NCBI GenBank assembly: GCA_015680685.1
Contig: MNCI01000737.1
Span: forward strand, 1-64,000
Source: Gnetum montanum
Taxonomy: Eukaryota > Plantae > Gnetophyta
DNA length: 64,000 nucleotides
Direction of reading: 5' to 3'
In this document: positions 39,700-52,445 of the stretch, piece by piece
Numbering within the stretch: the first letter of the stretch is position 1
How the letters are laid out: every line of letters begins with the position of its first letter
Notes under the pieces: model-generated
What the model saw: only the letters and a program-made list of their open reading frames with translations
What the model was told of the DNA's origin: nothing
The model's database searches: none
Position numbers and translations under genes: made by a program

Positions 39700-42600
39700 A
39701 GAACATTCCAAACCATTGTAGGAAATCAAGTCTAAAGAAGACCAAATGTTGATTGACACCTAAGAAACTTTTTAGTAGAAGTTGACTTGGTAAGTATATA
39801 TGCAAGATTTGCTTCAATAGATATCTTGTTTAGAAGAATTCTTTGCTTTTTAATTTTCTTCTATATATACTGATACTATATTTTCAATGTGCTTCGTTCA
39901 AGCATGAAAAGTTGGATTCTTGAATATGCTTATGGTATTTTGACTAACACAACCAATATTGATCAAAGTCTAAGTGATGCTAAGTTCAACTATTAGCCTT
40001 TGAAGACCTATAGAATCTCTAAATGTCAAGTTAGTAGCAACATATTCAACTTTAGTGGTAGATTAAGTAACACAAGATTGTTTACATCACCAAAGAGATT
40101 AAACACATATCCACTAGTAGATTTCCTACTATCAATATCATTGTTCCAATCTACATCAATGAAGCCATGAAGTCCATTGAAATCATTTTTGTAATAGATT
40201 CTATAATTCATAGTATTACAAAGATAGCGAAGCACTCATTTTACTACAACCTAGTGTTCTTTGGGCATTATTCAATTGAAAGTTTAATACCAGTTTTACA
40301 TGGTGCAGTCATAGGCTTGCAATCGTGCATATTAAATCTTTTAAATATATTTTCAACATATGCAAACTATCCAAGCCAAAGCCTTTTACTAGCCCTATCC
40401 CTTTTAATTTTTGTGCCCAAAATATTTTGTGCAATACCAAGATCCTTTATCTCAAATTAAGAAGATAGATGAAGTTTTAACTTCTAAATATCATGTATGT
40501 TATTATTTGCTATTAACATGTCGTCGACATATAACAACAAGATAACATGTTTTTGACTTGTATTTTTAACATAAATATAGGAGTCTTCTATAGTTCTAAT
40601 GAAGCCAAGATTGATCATGTGATCATTAAACTTTTTATTCTACATCCTTGGTGCTTTTTAAAGCCAATATAGTGATTTTAATAATCAACACATCATATGC
40701 TCTTTTCATTTAATTTCATATCATTTTGGTTGAAACTTATAAATTTCTTTCTCAAGATCACCATTAAGGAATGTTATTTTGACATCCATTTGTTCAAGTT
40801 CAAGATCATAAATAGCTGTAATGGACAACAATGATCTTATGGATGTTAATTTAACTACTAGAATAAAAAATTTCATCATAATCAATTCATTTTGTTTAAA
40901 AATATCCTTTAGCAATTAATTGAGCTTTATACTATTTTCCAGATTTTTCCTATATACCCATTTATTTTCAATGGATTTCCTATTTGGTTGAAGTTCAACC
41001 AATTTTGATATTTTATTCTATGAATTAATGACATTTTAGCATCCATTTGTTCTTTCCATTCTATGTTTTGCATGGATAAACATGTCTCATCATATGTTGA
41101 AGGCTCATCATTTTTAGTAAATAATACATATTCCTTTAGATGTGATGGTAATTTTTGTATATGTGTTGAACATCTTAATGGCTTATCTTCACTAAAACTA
41201 CATTTTTCCTCTTCATGTTGTTCCTCCTTGTCTACCATGCTATCACCATCCTATTTGCTAGGGGCAATATCCCCAGCCAAGGGAGGATGACCCTTAGAAA
41301 TTTCATTATGAATTTGAATAGGAATATATATATATATAGGAGTTAATCATTTGAAGGAGTTTTAGTATTTGAAGATTCCTCTTGCATAGATCCATATTTT
41401 TCTCTAAAGATGATATCTTGACAATAAATAACCCTTTTAGTTTTTGGGTTATATAACTTATAAACTTTGGCACCATGTCCATAGCTAAGAAAAATACATT
41501 TGACAGGCTTAGAGTCTATTTTGGACCTATTAGATTTTGGAACATGTACATAGGCTTCACAATAAAAAATCTTCAAATAATTTAAATTAATGGATCTACC
41601 ACTCCAAACTTCTTCTACAATTTTTCCATCAAGTGCTAATGAAAAAGATCTATTGATAAGATAACATGCAGTCATTGCTGCTTCATTTCAAAAATACTTG
41701 TCAAGATTAGATTCACTGAGCATACATTTGGCATGTTCCATCAATGTTTGATTGAAGTGCTTTGCTACTCCATTTTGTTCAAGAATCCTTGGAATAGTCT
41801 TTTGCTTTTAAATGCATTGTTCTTTGCAAAAAACATTAAATTTATTTGAGCAAAAATCACCACTATTGGCAATTCTTAGAATTTTGATTTCTTTCCTAAA
41901 TAATTCTCAACAAGAGCTTTGAATTCTTTGAATTTTCAAATAGTCCAAACTTATGTTTTAACAAATAGATCAAGCTCTTTCTATAGTAATCATCAATAAA
42001 AGAAACATAATGCATAGCACCTCCAAGAGAACTTGTTTTAATATCTTTAACTGGTTCACCTACATCACCATGTGTTAGTTCTAATATTTGAAGAGATTTA
42101 GCATTACTTTTTTTGAAAACTATGCTGCCTTTGTTTACCATGTAGATAATGATGACAAAAATCTAAGGAATCTTTTGAAAACTTAAATTTACCTTGCTTG
42201 TAAAGTTTCTTAAGTTTTTCACCAAGATGTCCCATTCTTTTATGCCATGAATCAATACTTCAATTTAAATCAATAACTACAAATGCACTTAATTTTTGCT
42301 TTAATGTATTAGCTTCTAATTTATACAAATTGCCTCTTTTAATTCTAGAAGCCAAAAGAGATGAACTATGTAGTACTGAACATTTTCCACCTCCAAAGAT
42401 GATGGTTAGTCATGCATCATCCAATTCACTTACAGAAAAAATATTTTTAGTAAGTGTTGAAACATGATATACATTAAGAATTGATTTAATTGCTCCATTA
42501 TTAAATTGAATCATTACCTTTCCATAACCTACAACTTTGCACAAACCATCATTACTCAATCTTACCATTCTGAGATCATATGATATATACTCATTGAACC

Positions 42601-43480
42601 ACTGAACGTGTGGAGTGTAGTGATGAGATGTACTTGAGTGCACATACCATGAATATGTATCAACATTATCAAAAGATGATACAACATACAAATCTCCCTC
42701 TTGAGCAGAAGGGGCTTTATCACTTTTTGATACATTACTCTCTTTGCTCTTGTTTGGAGAGGCTTTACAATATTTCTTTACATGATCAACTTTACCACAA
42801 TTCCAACATTTAGGTGTCCTCTTTACATATTTTTGAGGCTTATTCTTAAATTAAGGCCTCTTAATAAACTTTGGCTTTTCATCATTTTTAATAAATAATA
42901 CATCATTTTAAGGAGTATAAGTTTTCCTTCTTGCTTCTTTAGACAACAACTGATTAACAATATTATCAAAAATAAAGCTAGTAGATGTATTACTTATAGC
43001 CATTACAAATGTCTCCCATGAATTTGGAAGCATGCTAAGAAATGTGATGCACTAATCTTCCTCATTCAATTTCACCCCAATAGATTGCAATTGATGAACC
43101 AACGTATTGAAGGTGTTCAAGTGTTTTGCAATAGCTATACCTTCAACCATTTTATATTTATATAATTGCTTCTTTAAAAATAACTTATTTGTTAAGGATT
43201 TTGTTTGGTATAAAGCTTGTAGCTTAACCCACAAGTCCTTAACAGAAGAAACATTGGAAACATTAAACAATACCGAATTTGACAAACATAAATGAATGGT
43301 ACTTATCACTTTTAAGTTTATTTTTTTCCATTCTTCATTAGAAATCTTATCTTGCTTCATGCTTGACATTTCACTATGTTAATATTTTTCAATCAAAAGA
43401 TCCTCTATCTTGATATTCCATAGTTCATAATTGGATCTATTGAATTTTTCAATCTCAAATTTGGTTGAAGAGTTGGTCAT
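39700..43480 (-). pseudogene. copia gag-pol polyprotein (heavily disrupted)
   Basis: ORF fragments 43052-43369, 42410-42691, 41896-42141, 41343-41675, 40721-40915 and 40026-40235 in copia order. Confidence 0.9.
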
Positions 43481-45269
43481 GATTTCCTTGCAAATATTTA
43501 GACAAAGAAAAATTATTTTTTGTGAAACCTAGATTCGATACCAATTGTTATTCCTAGTCTCTTGCATACAATACTAATAACTTTTTTTAGATAAAATGAA
43601 GAATAATGCAAAAATTGGCAAGACACAAAGTTACCCTGGGGAAAACCTTCATTGTAAAAAACCCCAACAAAAATTAGTTCATAGATTGTTAGCAACAAAA
43701 CAACTTCAAGATTGAAGCACATAGAGAATCAATGAGTACAATGGAGAAGAATTGCAAGGGAGGATTGCAGCTTAGGCATTGGTTGTTGTTGTGTTATATA
43801 TAGGATGCTTCCTTAGAGATCCTTATATGCTCCTAGGGTTACAAAAATAAACCCAAAGATAAAAGATGATAAGGTAATTTATTTTTGATGGGATAAGTAC
43901 AGGAACAAAAAAAGAAAAAAAAAAGAAAAAAGAAACAAAGGAAATATGATAAAAATAAGAGCACAAGAATGAAAAGTTATCTATGGTGGAGAAAATCAAG
44001 GTAGATTTGCCTTCATCTCTTCATCTACTTTACAACAATTCATTCATGGTCGGGTCTTGGCAATAGCCTCATTACTAACATCCTTAATGGCCAAGGCACA
44101 TGTATCATCAGAAGGATAGGTTTTGACTATGCCTCAACGCATACCACTAGACTCAACTGCTCAGTGTTATAGTCTAGCTAAATCTATAGACTCACATAAA
44201 CTTACGAATCAAAATTCAGGGTAGAAAATCTATTCAAAATCCATTGTTCACATGGGATGGATCTTAATAAAGAATACTCGACTACTACATGCAAACGAGG
44301 ACATATAAAAGATTCATAGCTCCCATTAGTAAAACTGGTCACATAAATATCATTATTTTATTTCAAAAATTCAAAAGATTTCCAAAATGGCCAAAATTCC
44401 ATGATAGCCAAAATTTCACAAAATTTTTGCAAAATTATGTATATGTCATGAGAAAATCCAAAATATTCATAAAATATCCAGGGACAAGATTATGCATATA
44501 TTCATCTTATGATCGGTTTTGCACATGAATGTGCTTTACCACTTGCATTTGAGTTTTCTGTTTTTGAAATTTAATTTAATTTTTAACCTAAGCTTTTTTT
44601 ATAAGTTCTTTTTCTCATTTTCTCTCTTCATTAATACCCTTGCACTCAAGCACTCATAACATACACATCAAGACTCCATATCAAATTTTATTTGAACCTA
44701 CAAAATCTTTATCAAGTGTTCTACTTAATCATATATTGAAATATTATCTAAGATTCACTTATCATGATTACTTAGTTCAAATGCCAATACTTTTATGGTA
44801 TTTTAACAAACTAGAAAATGCAATATATGGAAAACCATAACTCCAATTTTAGTGAACCAAGGGTTAAAACTAACATTTTTGAATGTCTTAGACACATTGG
44901 TAAGGTTAGATTTTGGGTAGAATATCATTCTAAGGTACTTCCTTAATAAAACTGATTTATGCAATATTTGATTATACTTAAAAATGAACTTCAGATTCTA
45001 CTTTAATGACAAAAAGGAATAATGGATATGACATGGGTAAAGTTAGGATTTAGAATTCCTCCATGAACAAAGTATTATATAATCACATGTTCATAATAAA
45101 TTAAAAGATGCATAATTAAATGTGCAGAATAAAGTATAAATATACATAATTGAATGTGCATTATAAAGATTGAATATTCATAATTGAATGTGCATAATGA
45201 ATAAAATATGCATAGGTAAATAATTGTAAAGGCATTATAACTAACAAAAGAAAAACTTCCTAGGGTGAT

Positions 45270-45404
45270 GGGACGCAATATTGCATGGGCCGCAATATCG
45301 CATACGCAATATTGCATGGGCCGCAATATCGCATACGCAATATGGCATCTCTCCTTGCGATATCACATATGCGATATCACAGCCCACCACCAATTCTATA
45401 AATA
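45270..45404 (+). promoter_or_regulatory. LTR U3 promoter: CG-palindrome array plus TATA box
   Basis: Repeated (C)GC(G/A)ATATCGCA units followed by TATAAATA at 45397-45404. Confidence 0.65.
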
Positions 45405-46267
45405 AGAGGCGGCTCTCCCTTGTTTCGAAAGATAGAGTAGATTGTAGCCAAACTCTAGTAGTTTGATCCCTCCAGAGATAGATTATTTTTCTCGTGTCTG
45501 CCTGCAGTGTGGTGAATGTAATTGTACGACATCTTTTATTCGAGTGTGACGTACTTGGACATGCACATGACCGGCAATAAAGATCAAGATTACTTCATCA
45601 TTGCAGCATTCACTTTGTTCATTTATTTAATTAATTGTTATTTACTGCTTTCCTAATTAGTCTTTCTCACCCTTAAACTCATGTTAGAACGTGGAATGAC
45701 TACGACTTGATTATGAGCATTTAAATGTGACTACTTGGTAACCCAGTGGCGTACCTAGGATCTGCGCTTGGTAATCCCAGTGGTAGTTGTGCACGAAGTC
45801 CAAGATGTGTACGGATAATCAAGGAACGGATGCTCATTGCACTTAGGCTAGATTAGATTTTCTTACCCTTTCCTCCTAGCTTAGTTAATTACTACTTTTC
45901 ATTACATTTAGGAGTAGCATTAGATTAGGAAACACATCATACACCTCACTCTAGACTAAACCATACGTGACAAAGATAATACTAGTCCAGGTGGGAAGAT
46001 AGCGAACTGCGACCTGAGGTTAACGATCTAGGTGCCACAACTAGTCCATCTGCGGAGTTCAACCGGATCGTGCGTGAAAATGCTTGTATTCGTATGGTTG
46101 AGTGTAGGGGTATCTCGCCACTCATCATTGGTGCCGTTGCCGGGGACGGTGCTAGTTATCTAGATTAGTTATATCATACAAGGTCGCTGTAAAGGAATTA
46201 ATGATATATCTTTTAAAAAGAAATAATTATAAAAAGTCACACATAATTCACACACAACTTCACAAAA

Positions 46268-48010
46268 ATGTCTCTCCTACAAGATTATAATAATGCCACA
46301 CTTAGTGAGGAAGTTCATTGGAGAACCAACGAACTATATGACGATGAAGATTTGAGTATACAACCTGAAGTGGGGGTTTCTTATAAACACGAGCAAAAGC
46401 AATGTCATCCCAACACACGGAGACATAACTTACTTGATGACAATGAACCCCCACTAGCCACTACAAGCCTAACGCAAATACAAGAGGCTNGTCAACAATG
46501 GTAGAAGTCTTTAACGAAAAATATCAAACCTACGTAAGAGTGTCAACCTTGAGGAAACAAATCCAAGGATGGAAACAAGCAAAACATGAACCCTTGGACA
46601 TGGCCTTAGAAAGATATTATGCACTATTAAACAACTGTCCAGGCCATGGGTTTTCCGAGGAAAGGTTAATGTATCATATCATTGATGGGCTATGTAATGA
46701 AACAAGAGAGACCTTAGGAATGTATGCCCAATGTCAACTATACGAACTACGAACTCATCAAGTCCAAGAGCTTATTCAGAAGGTAGCAAAAGAAGAAGGA
46801 GAAATGGCTAGATGGGAGAGTGTTGAAAACATCAACAGGACCAAAGTTTCAACTTAACAAAGGTCCATGATCATAACAAGGAGAAATCAACCAATCTCAA
46901 GGTGGAAACATCATCTTTGCCAATACAAAAATCGTTAGAAGAAGTTGAGGCAAAGATCAATAAGATGTTGGAATGGATGTATCAAAAGTGTGGAGAATTT
47001 ATCAACACCATTAGAGATAGAGTTTTGACCACCCAAGAAGCAGGACGAAACATTAGACATTCAGAAAAAAAGAATGAAGGGAATAAGTGCTCAACTGCCA
47101 ATCCTACGTATGAATGCAACACATGCCTGTACGATCACCCCAAAGGCCAACGACCAATATTGTTACATCTACATGAGCATTGGGAAACACGTTACATCCA
47201 AAGTTCGTACAAAGGTACTGTGTTGGATCACAGTGGCAACAATCCTAGTCGTGGGGGAGACCACCCTTAGACTGGAGACACCCTTCATGTTATTTGGATC
47301 CAAACGCTTATCTAGTTGAACATCCTGTTTCTCCAACTAGGCCGCTGCACTTTATCTCACCACAGTACTATTCTCCACAATACTATCAGCCCATACCTCA
47401 AACACAATCGCCACCTTGTGCATCTTATACTCCTTCTAGTTTTCAGCATTCTCATCCTTTCCCTCCTTCCATAGTGCCACCAACTATTCCTAAGGTGTCT
47501 GCACCACCACAACAACCCATGAACGTTACTTGTGCTAATACTACCAACAGCAGTGAGAAACCTTAGCAACATCAAAAGCACCCCTTCTTTAAACCTTGCC
47601 GTAAGAAGGGACAACATAATTTAGAGGCTACTGCATCTTTCAACTTAGCACAAGTCCCACACTGTGGTGCACCCTTACCTTTGAATCCAACACCTCATGT
47701 AACTTCATCAAGGCCACCAATTAACACTCCAACAACCATATCGCCCAATGAACACAACCATGGAAGGCATCATCTCAATCCTTGCATATCATCTAATGGT
47801 CCCAAATATCATAGTGGGTCAACTCGTTATCCAGGAACTACATCATATAAAGTGCCCCACTACGCTCATTATAATCAAGTGTGTGAACCCCGAGGGGATA
47901 AGTATGGATCAGTTCCAATATTTCCAACATGCAAGGATCCTCATCTTACATTTATTAATCCTTGCCATCCTCAACCAATTAGTTGTGGGGGATATCCCCC
48001 ATTTCAATGA
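46268..48010 (+). pseudogene. Retrotransposon gag with Pro/Ser-rich extension (copy B; N gap at 46490)
   Basis: MSLLQDYNNAT..., EVFNEKYQT...ALERYYALLNNCPGHGFSEERLMYHIIDGL; homologous to copy A gag. Confidence 0.88.
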
Positions 48011-49397
48011 CAAGCAAGATTAATAACCATTTTTATTTTCTTTTATTTTTCAAGTTTTTATTTTTCAGTTTTTCATTTTTTTCAACTTTTTGTTTTATCT
48101 TTTTGTGTTTTTGTCTTTTTACGTTTTTGTAAGTAATCTCATCTATGAATAAAACACTCATGTGGATCATTGGTTGAGGTGTGATCTATGTTATTAAGTC
48201 ATGAGTGATCAATTATTTGGAATAGTGAGCCCATTACACCCACGCATTCACTCTACAAATAAGAGGTTCTGTTCAAGGGTACAGTGATATTCTTGAAATT
48301 CTTAAAATTTAAATTAATTTTGTGTTTATTGTACCCAGAATGAAGAAGGATGGACCAAGAGGGAATGATTAGGATGTGACATCAAGGGGAATTTTGGTTT
48401 CTCTTTGGTGACATCTGTGGGAGTTATCATGCAACGTGGTTGTACTAAGATCCTTATAGATCTAATGAAAATTGGGAGTAAGAGTAATCAAAAGGGCACT
48501 AAAAAATCAAAGGCTATTCTAGGGGGTCCCACTAGAAAGACATGCACCCATGCCTGAAGGTTGGTGGCTTCTCTGGATTTAGTAAAGTTTAAAAGAAAAA
48601 AAGAAGAGAGAGAAGAAAAGAAAAGTGCCACAAAACAAAAATCACTCCTCCCTTGAATAAAATGCCAAGTGATCGTATGCCTTGTTGTTATGATACTCTC
48701 ATAGTTGCTCATCATGGGATGACACAATGCGGTGTCATTGATTAGAGGAACGGACTTGGTCCTGATCTTGGAATGATGGGTTAATGACATGTTAATCATG
48801 CTTTACACGGAGGACTCATTGTGCCCTGGGTCAGTTACCTCATGTCCCAATCTCTACGATCCCTTTCTATACCTCATCTCATCTCACTGTTTGTGTAATT
48901 GTAGCTCGTGTTCCGTGTAGCATAGATTTTCATCTCATTCCAGTGCTATTTACATGTGTGTGTTTTATCGAGTTAGTGCAGATTACATTTAACCCTTCTA
49001 GTGCTCATGGACACTTTAAGTGTAGTTACACAAGGGCATTATAGGTTGAAACCTGCTTTGGGGAGGACCCACTTGTGTAATTTTTGTTGTAATCTTCACT
49101 TAGGACATAGCTCACACACATAATTTCTTACCCTCAGCTTAATTTTTCAGTTGATTTTCTTTCCCTACTATTATCCCTCTGAATTTCAACGTTCCAATGT
49201 ACTATTACATATTCTTTTTTTTTACCACCCAAGGTTTTATTGATAAAATCCACACCATTATCATTAATGGTGCCTTTTGAATTAATGAAATTTCCCTAGA
49301 ACATCTTGATCATAGTCAATGTCCTCAATTTCCAACGTTAATTTCAAGAAAATCATTTAAAAAATTGATATTTTCATGGTATCTCACATCACCAGGG

Positions 49398-49471
49398 ACG
49401 AGATATCGCGTACGCGATATCACGTATGCGATGTATCATACGCGATATCGCGTCCCTATTGCCTATAAATA
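49398..49471 (+). promoter_or_regulatory. Putative internal promoter of the accessory ORF: CG-palindrome array plus TATA box
   Basis: GATATCGCGTACGCGATATC...CGCGATATCGCG, then TATAAATA at 49464-49471; equivalent array at 35335-35405 in copy A. Confidence 0.6.
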
Positions 49472-49908
49472 GGTACACAGGGGGAGTTTTTGTGATTTTT
49501 CTCTGCGACTTACGATTGAGTGACCCTTGCTTTCTTACTCATATATTGCTCACTGTTACTCTGATTTTTATTTCGTTTACACCTGCTTGAACCCAGAGTG
49601 TTCAGCTTAGTCATGGGGGAGGGACACTTGCCGAAAAGTGCCTAAATTTTTTGAAATTTATCATCGCCCAACAGACATCAATTAGGGTAATTAACTATAA
49701 CACTTAGAATAATTGTGCCTAAAAATCATTTAATCCTTAGGTATACCAGGAAATTAAAAATGGAAACCACCTAAGTCACAGGACTCATTATTACAAACTT
49801 TCGGGCACTATCACACGTGATAATATAAGATCATTAATAAAGAAAAGTAGTAAGGTATAACTTGACTTCAAAAACAACCTTACTAATGTTTGGCCCATGC
49901 GATTGTAG

Positions 49909-52445
49909 ATGGCCCCAAAACATGGACAACAGGAGGGTCATGCTCAAGGTGGAAAGAAACGATCTCGGAGAGGTGGAAGATAAGGTCCTGCCGAACAACA
50001 TGCAGAATAAGAGGAGCACTCATTCAACATCCATCAAGAAGAACCTCCTACCAGACGGTCCAGGCAAGCAGAAGGAGGAGCTGCTGCAATGCCTAAACCG
50101 GGACAACAATTCACGTTGTCCCAAGATTGTGTTCAAGCTATCCATGAGAAGTCCACATTCGTTGTGGTGATTGTGGAGTTAAACTTCAAATATTTTGCAG
50201 AGTTCGCTCCTGAGCCTATTAAGGATCACCTCAAGGGGTCTCCCTTATGGCAGAGACAAAGCATTTGGTGAATTGATGATGGAAGAGAGGGTTTATTTCA
50301 AAATTGGGACATATCACCTCTTCCCCACAAAGGGCTTGAAAAGAATATCCATGTATGTGGCTAGAGGATGTGCAGTGTTGATGGGAAAGGTTAACGCTAA
50401 CCTACCCCATCTATATTTGACAGAGATCCTGAGGCGGTTCAAAGAACAGAAGACAGGGAAGATGGCGTTGCCTTTCCCTTGTCTTATCAGAAAGCTTTTC
50501 CAACGTGCTGGTATTCAGGGATACACCAATGATGTCCTCCAAAAAGCCTAAACTGCTTCATATGCTGAATTGCTAAAGGCGCCAGCTCCAAGGAAAAGCA
50601 TTGGTGAAGAGCTAGGACCAAGAAGAAGAACAGATGGCTGGACCCAATCAACCTTTAGCCACGGGTCCCAACGAACAACAAGAAGCAGGGCCTAGCATAG
50701 GCCAAGATTAACCGCCAACGCTACAAGACTATAGACCGTCAATGAGCCATCTTAGGGCCATCACTGAGATGGTCAGTTGGGGAATTCATGATGACGTAAA
50801 CCTCTTCCATGTCATTGATGATGCCAACCAGCCTACTATTTTATTAGATCGCACAAGGGGTGAATTATCAATTCAAACAAGAGGAGGGGAAAGCAGATGG
50901 TCATAACAAATCTTAGGAAACGCGACAACTTTTCAAGTGCAGTTAGAGACTAGTGAAGGGGCCACTGTGGTGGTCATGCAACACCAGGATGTGGTGGGAA
51001 CTGTTGAGGTGGTCGCTGACCATATCAAAGAATCCTTTAACGTACTTGTTGTGCCACCGACAGATCTTTCAGGAGCACGGGATGCTCAAACTCTTGCCAG
51101 AACCTCAATGACTCCTGCGGAACATGAGGATGCACTAGATCAATTTCTACAAACAGGACAAGTTCTGACGTCCTTGTTTGACATCCCCCAGGATGTAACA
51201 GCAATTCAATCAGACCTCATTTCCACAAAGGGGAAGCTAGTCATATCTGAAGTAAAGGCCGAGCATGTTGAAGCTGAAGTGCAGAAACTACAAGAGCAGC
51301 TCATGGCCTTACAAGCAACACAACGGGACCCTCTACAATTTGTTCCCGTAGACTAGCTAGAAAATTTTAGAATGGAGCAACTAACCAAGTTGATCGCAGA
51401 GAATAAAAGGATGGCAGCTGAAAAGGAGAAGGCTGTTTGGGATGCCTCCGCAGCACAAGCACAAACTCATGCGCATCTTAAGGCACTCAAGGCCTTAGAA
51501 GAAGAAAACAAGCAGCTGGTTGCTGACAACCTTCAGTTGACCACTATAGGAAAGCAAAAGAACGTTCTTGATGAAAATTTTCATCATTTATGAGAACAAT
51601 TCATTTGGGTCAATCGAGATGTAAGCCGTTTAGCTAGAGAAAATCGAACCCTCTTAATGGAGGAGGTACGTGCTATTCGTCAAAAGTCAGCAACTGAGAT
51701 AAGCACGTGGCAGAACGAGGCTAAACGACATGAGAAGCTGAAGGAGCACTTTCGCGATCAAGTGGGAATGTATAAATAGATCCTTGAAAAGGAAACCCAT
51801 ATGGCCAAGGCCCAAATCAACACTATCATTGCTCAACACACTGATTGGGGGGCCATATTGGACACCTACGCTTTCGCCTAGCAAGCAGAAGTTAAGAACC
51901 GGGACTTGCAGATTTAGGACTTGATAGAGTACATGGAGTTGGCAAAACTAAGATATGCCAACCTTGCCATGTTAACAGCAGGGCGCTTGAGAACAGAGCT
52001 TGAGCAGCAGGTAGCTTCCACCCACATCAAATACAAAGTAGAATTTTCAGAATGCAAGAAGCTGTTGGAAAAATTGGATGTTGCAAATTCTGAAGTTGAG
52101 GTGGTAAAAGCCAGCTACTAGGGACAGAAAGATGTTGCAACCGACTTGGCTCGATAGCTAATAGATCTTCACGAATACAAGGATAAAGCCAGAGCCTACG
52201 AGGAGGAACGACGGGTGTTTGCAGCTTGGTATGTCAAGGCCAACCAAATGTTCTCGCAACTACCTTGTCCGTGGGAAGTGCCGACTCCGTCAAACATTGG
52301 AACACTAGCATGGATGGCACAAGACCCTCAGACTGAAGAGGAGAAGCTCTAGGCCATACTTCAACGCCATCAAGCTTCAAAGCCTGGAGCACATGACAAA
52401 GGGAAAGCGCCAATGGAGGAGCCACCGCCACCAGGAACTACATGA
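49909..52445 (+). pseudogene. Athila-type accessory ORF (copy B; ~225-nt deletion near 50250)
   Basis: MAPKHGQQ...; VNANLPHLYLTEI...LPFPCLIRKLFQRAG; coiled coil; ends DKGKAPMEEPPPPGTT*. Confidence 0.8.

Larger units (their letters stand above)
30479..44037 (-). mobile_element. Ty1/copia LTR retrotransposon (Tnt1/Tork-like), degenerate, interrupted by an Athila-like element
   Basis: LTRs 43556-44037 and 30479-~30950; PBS TGGTATCGAATC at 43553-43542; PPT AAGAGGGAGA at 30960-30951; gag from ATG 43480 (KFEIEKFNRSNYELW), INT SFIDDY, RT EQMDVKITFLNG and LYVDDML, RH SRKSTSGYVF. Confidence 0.92.
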
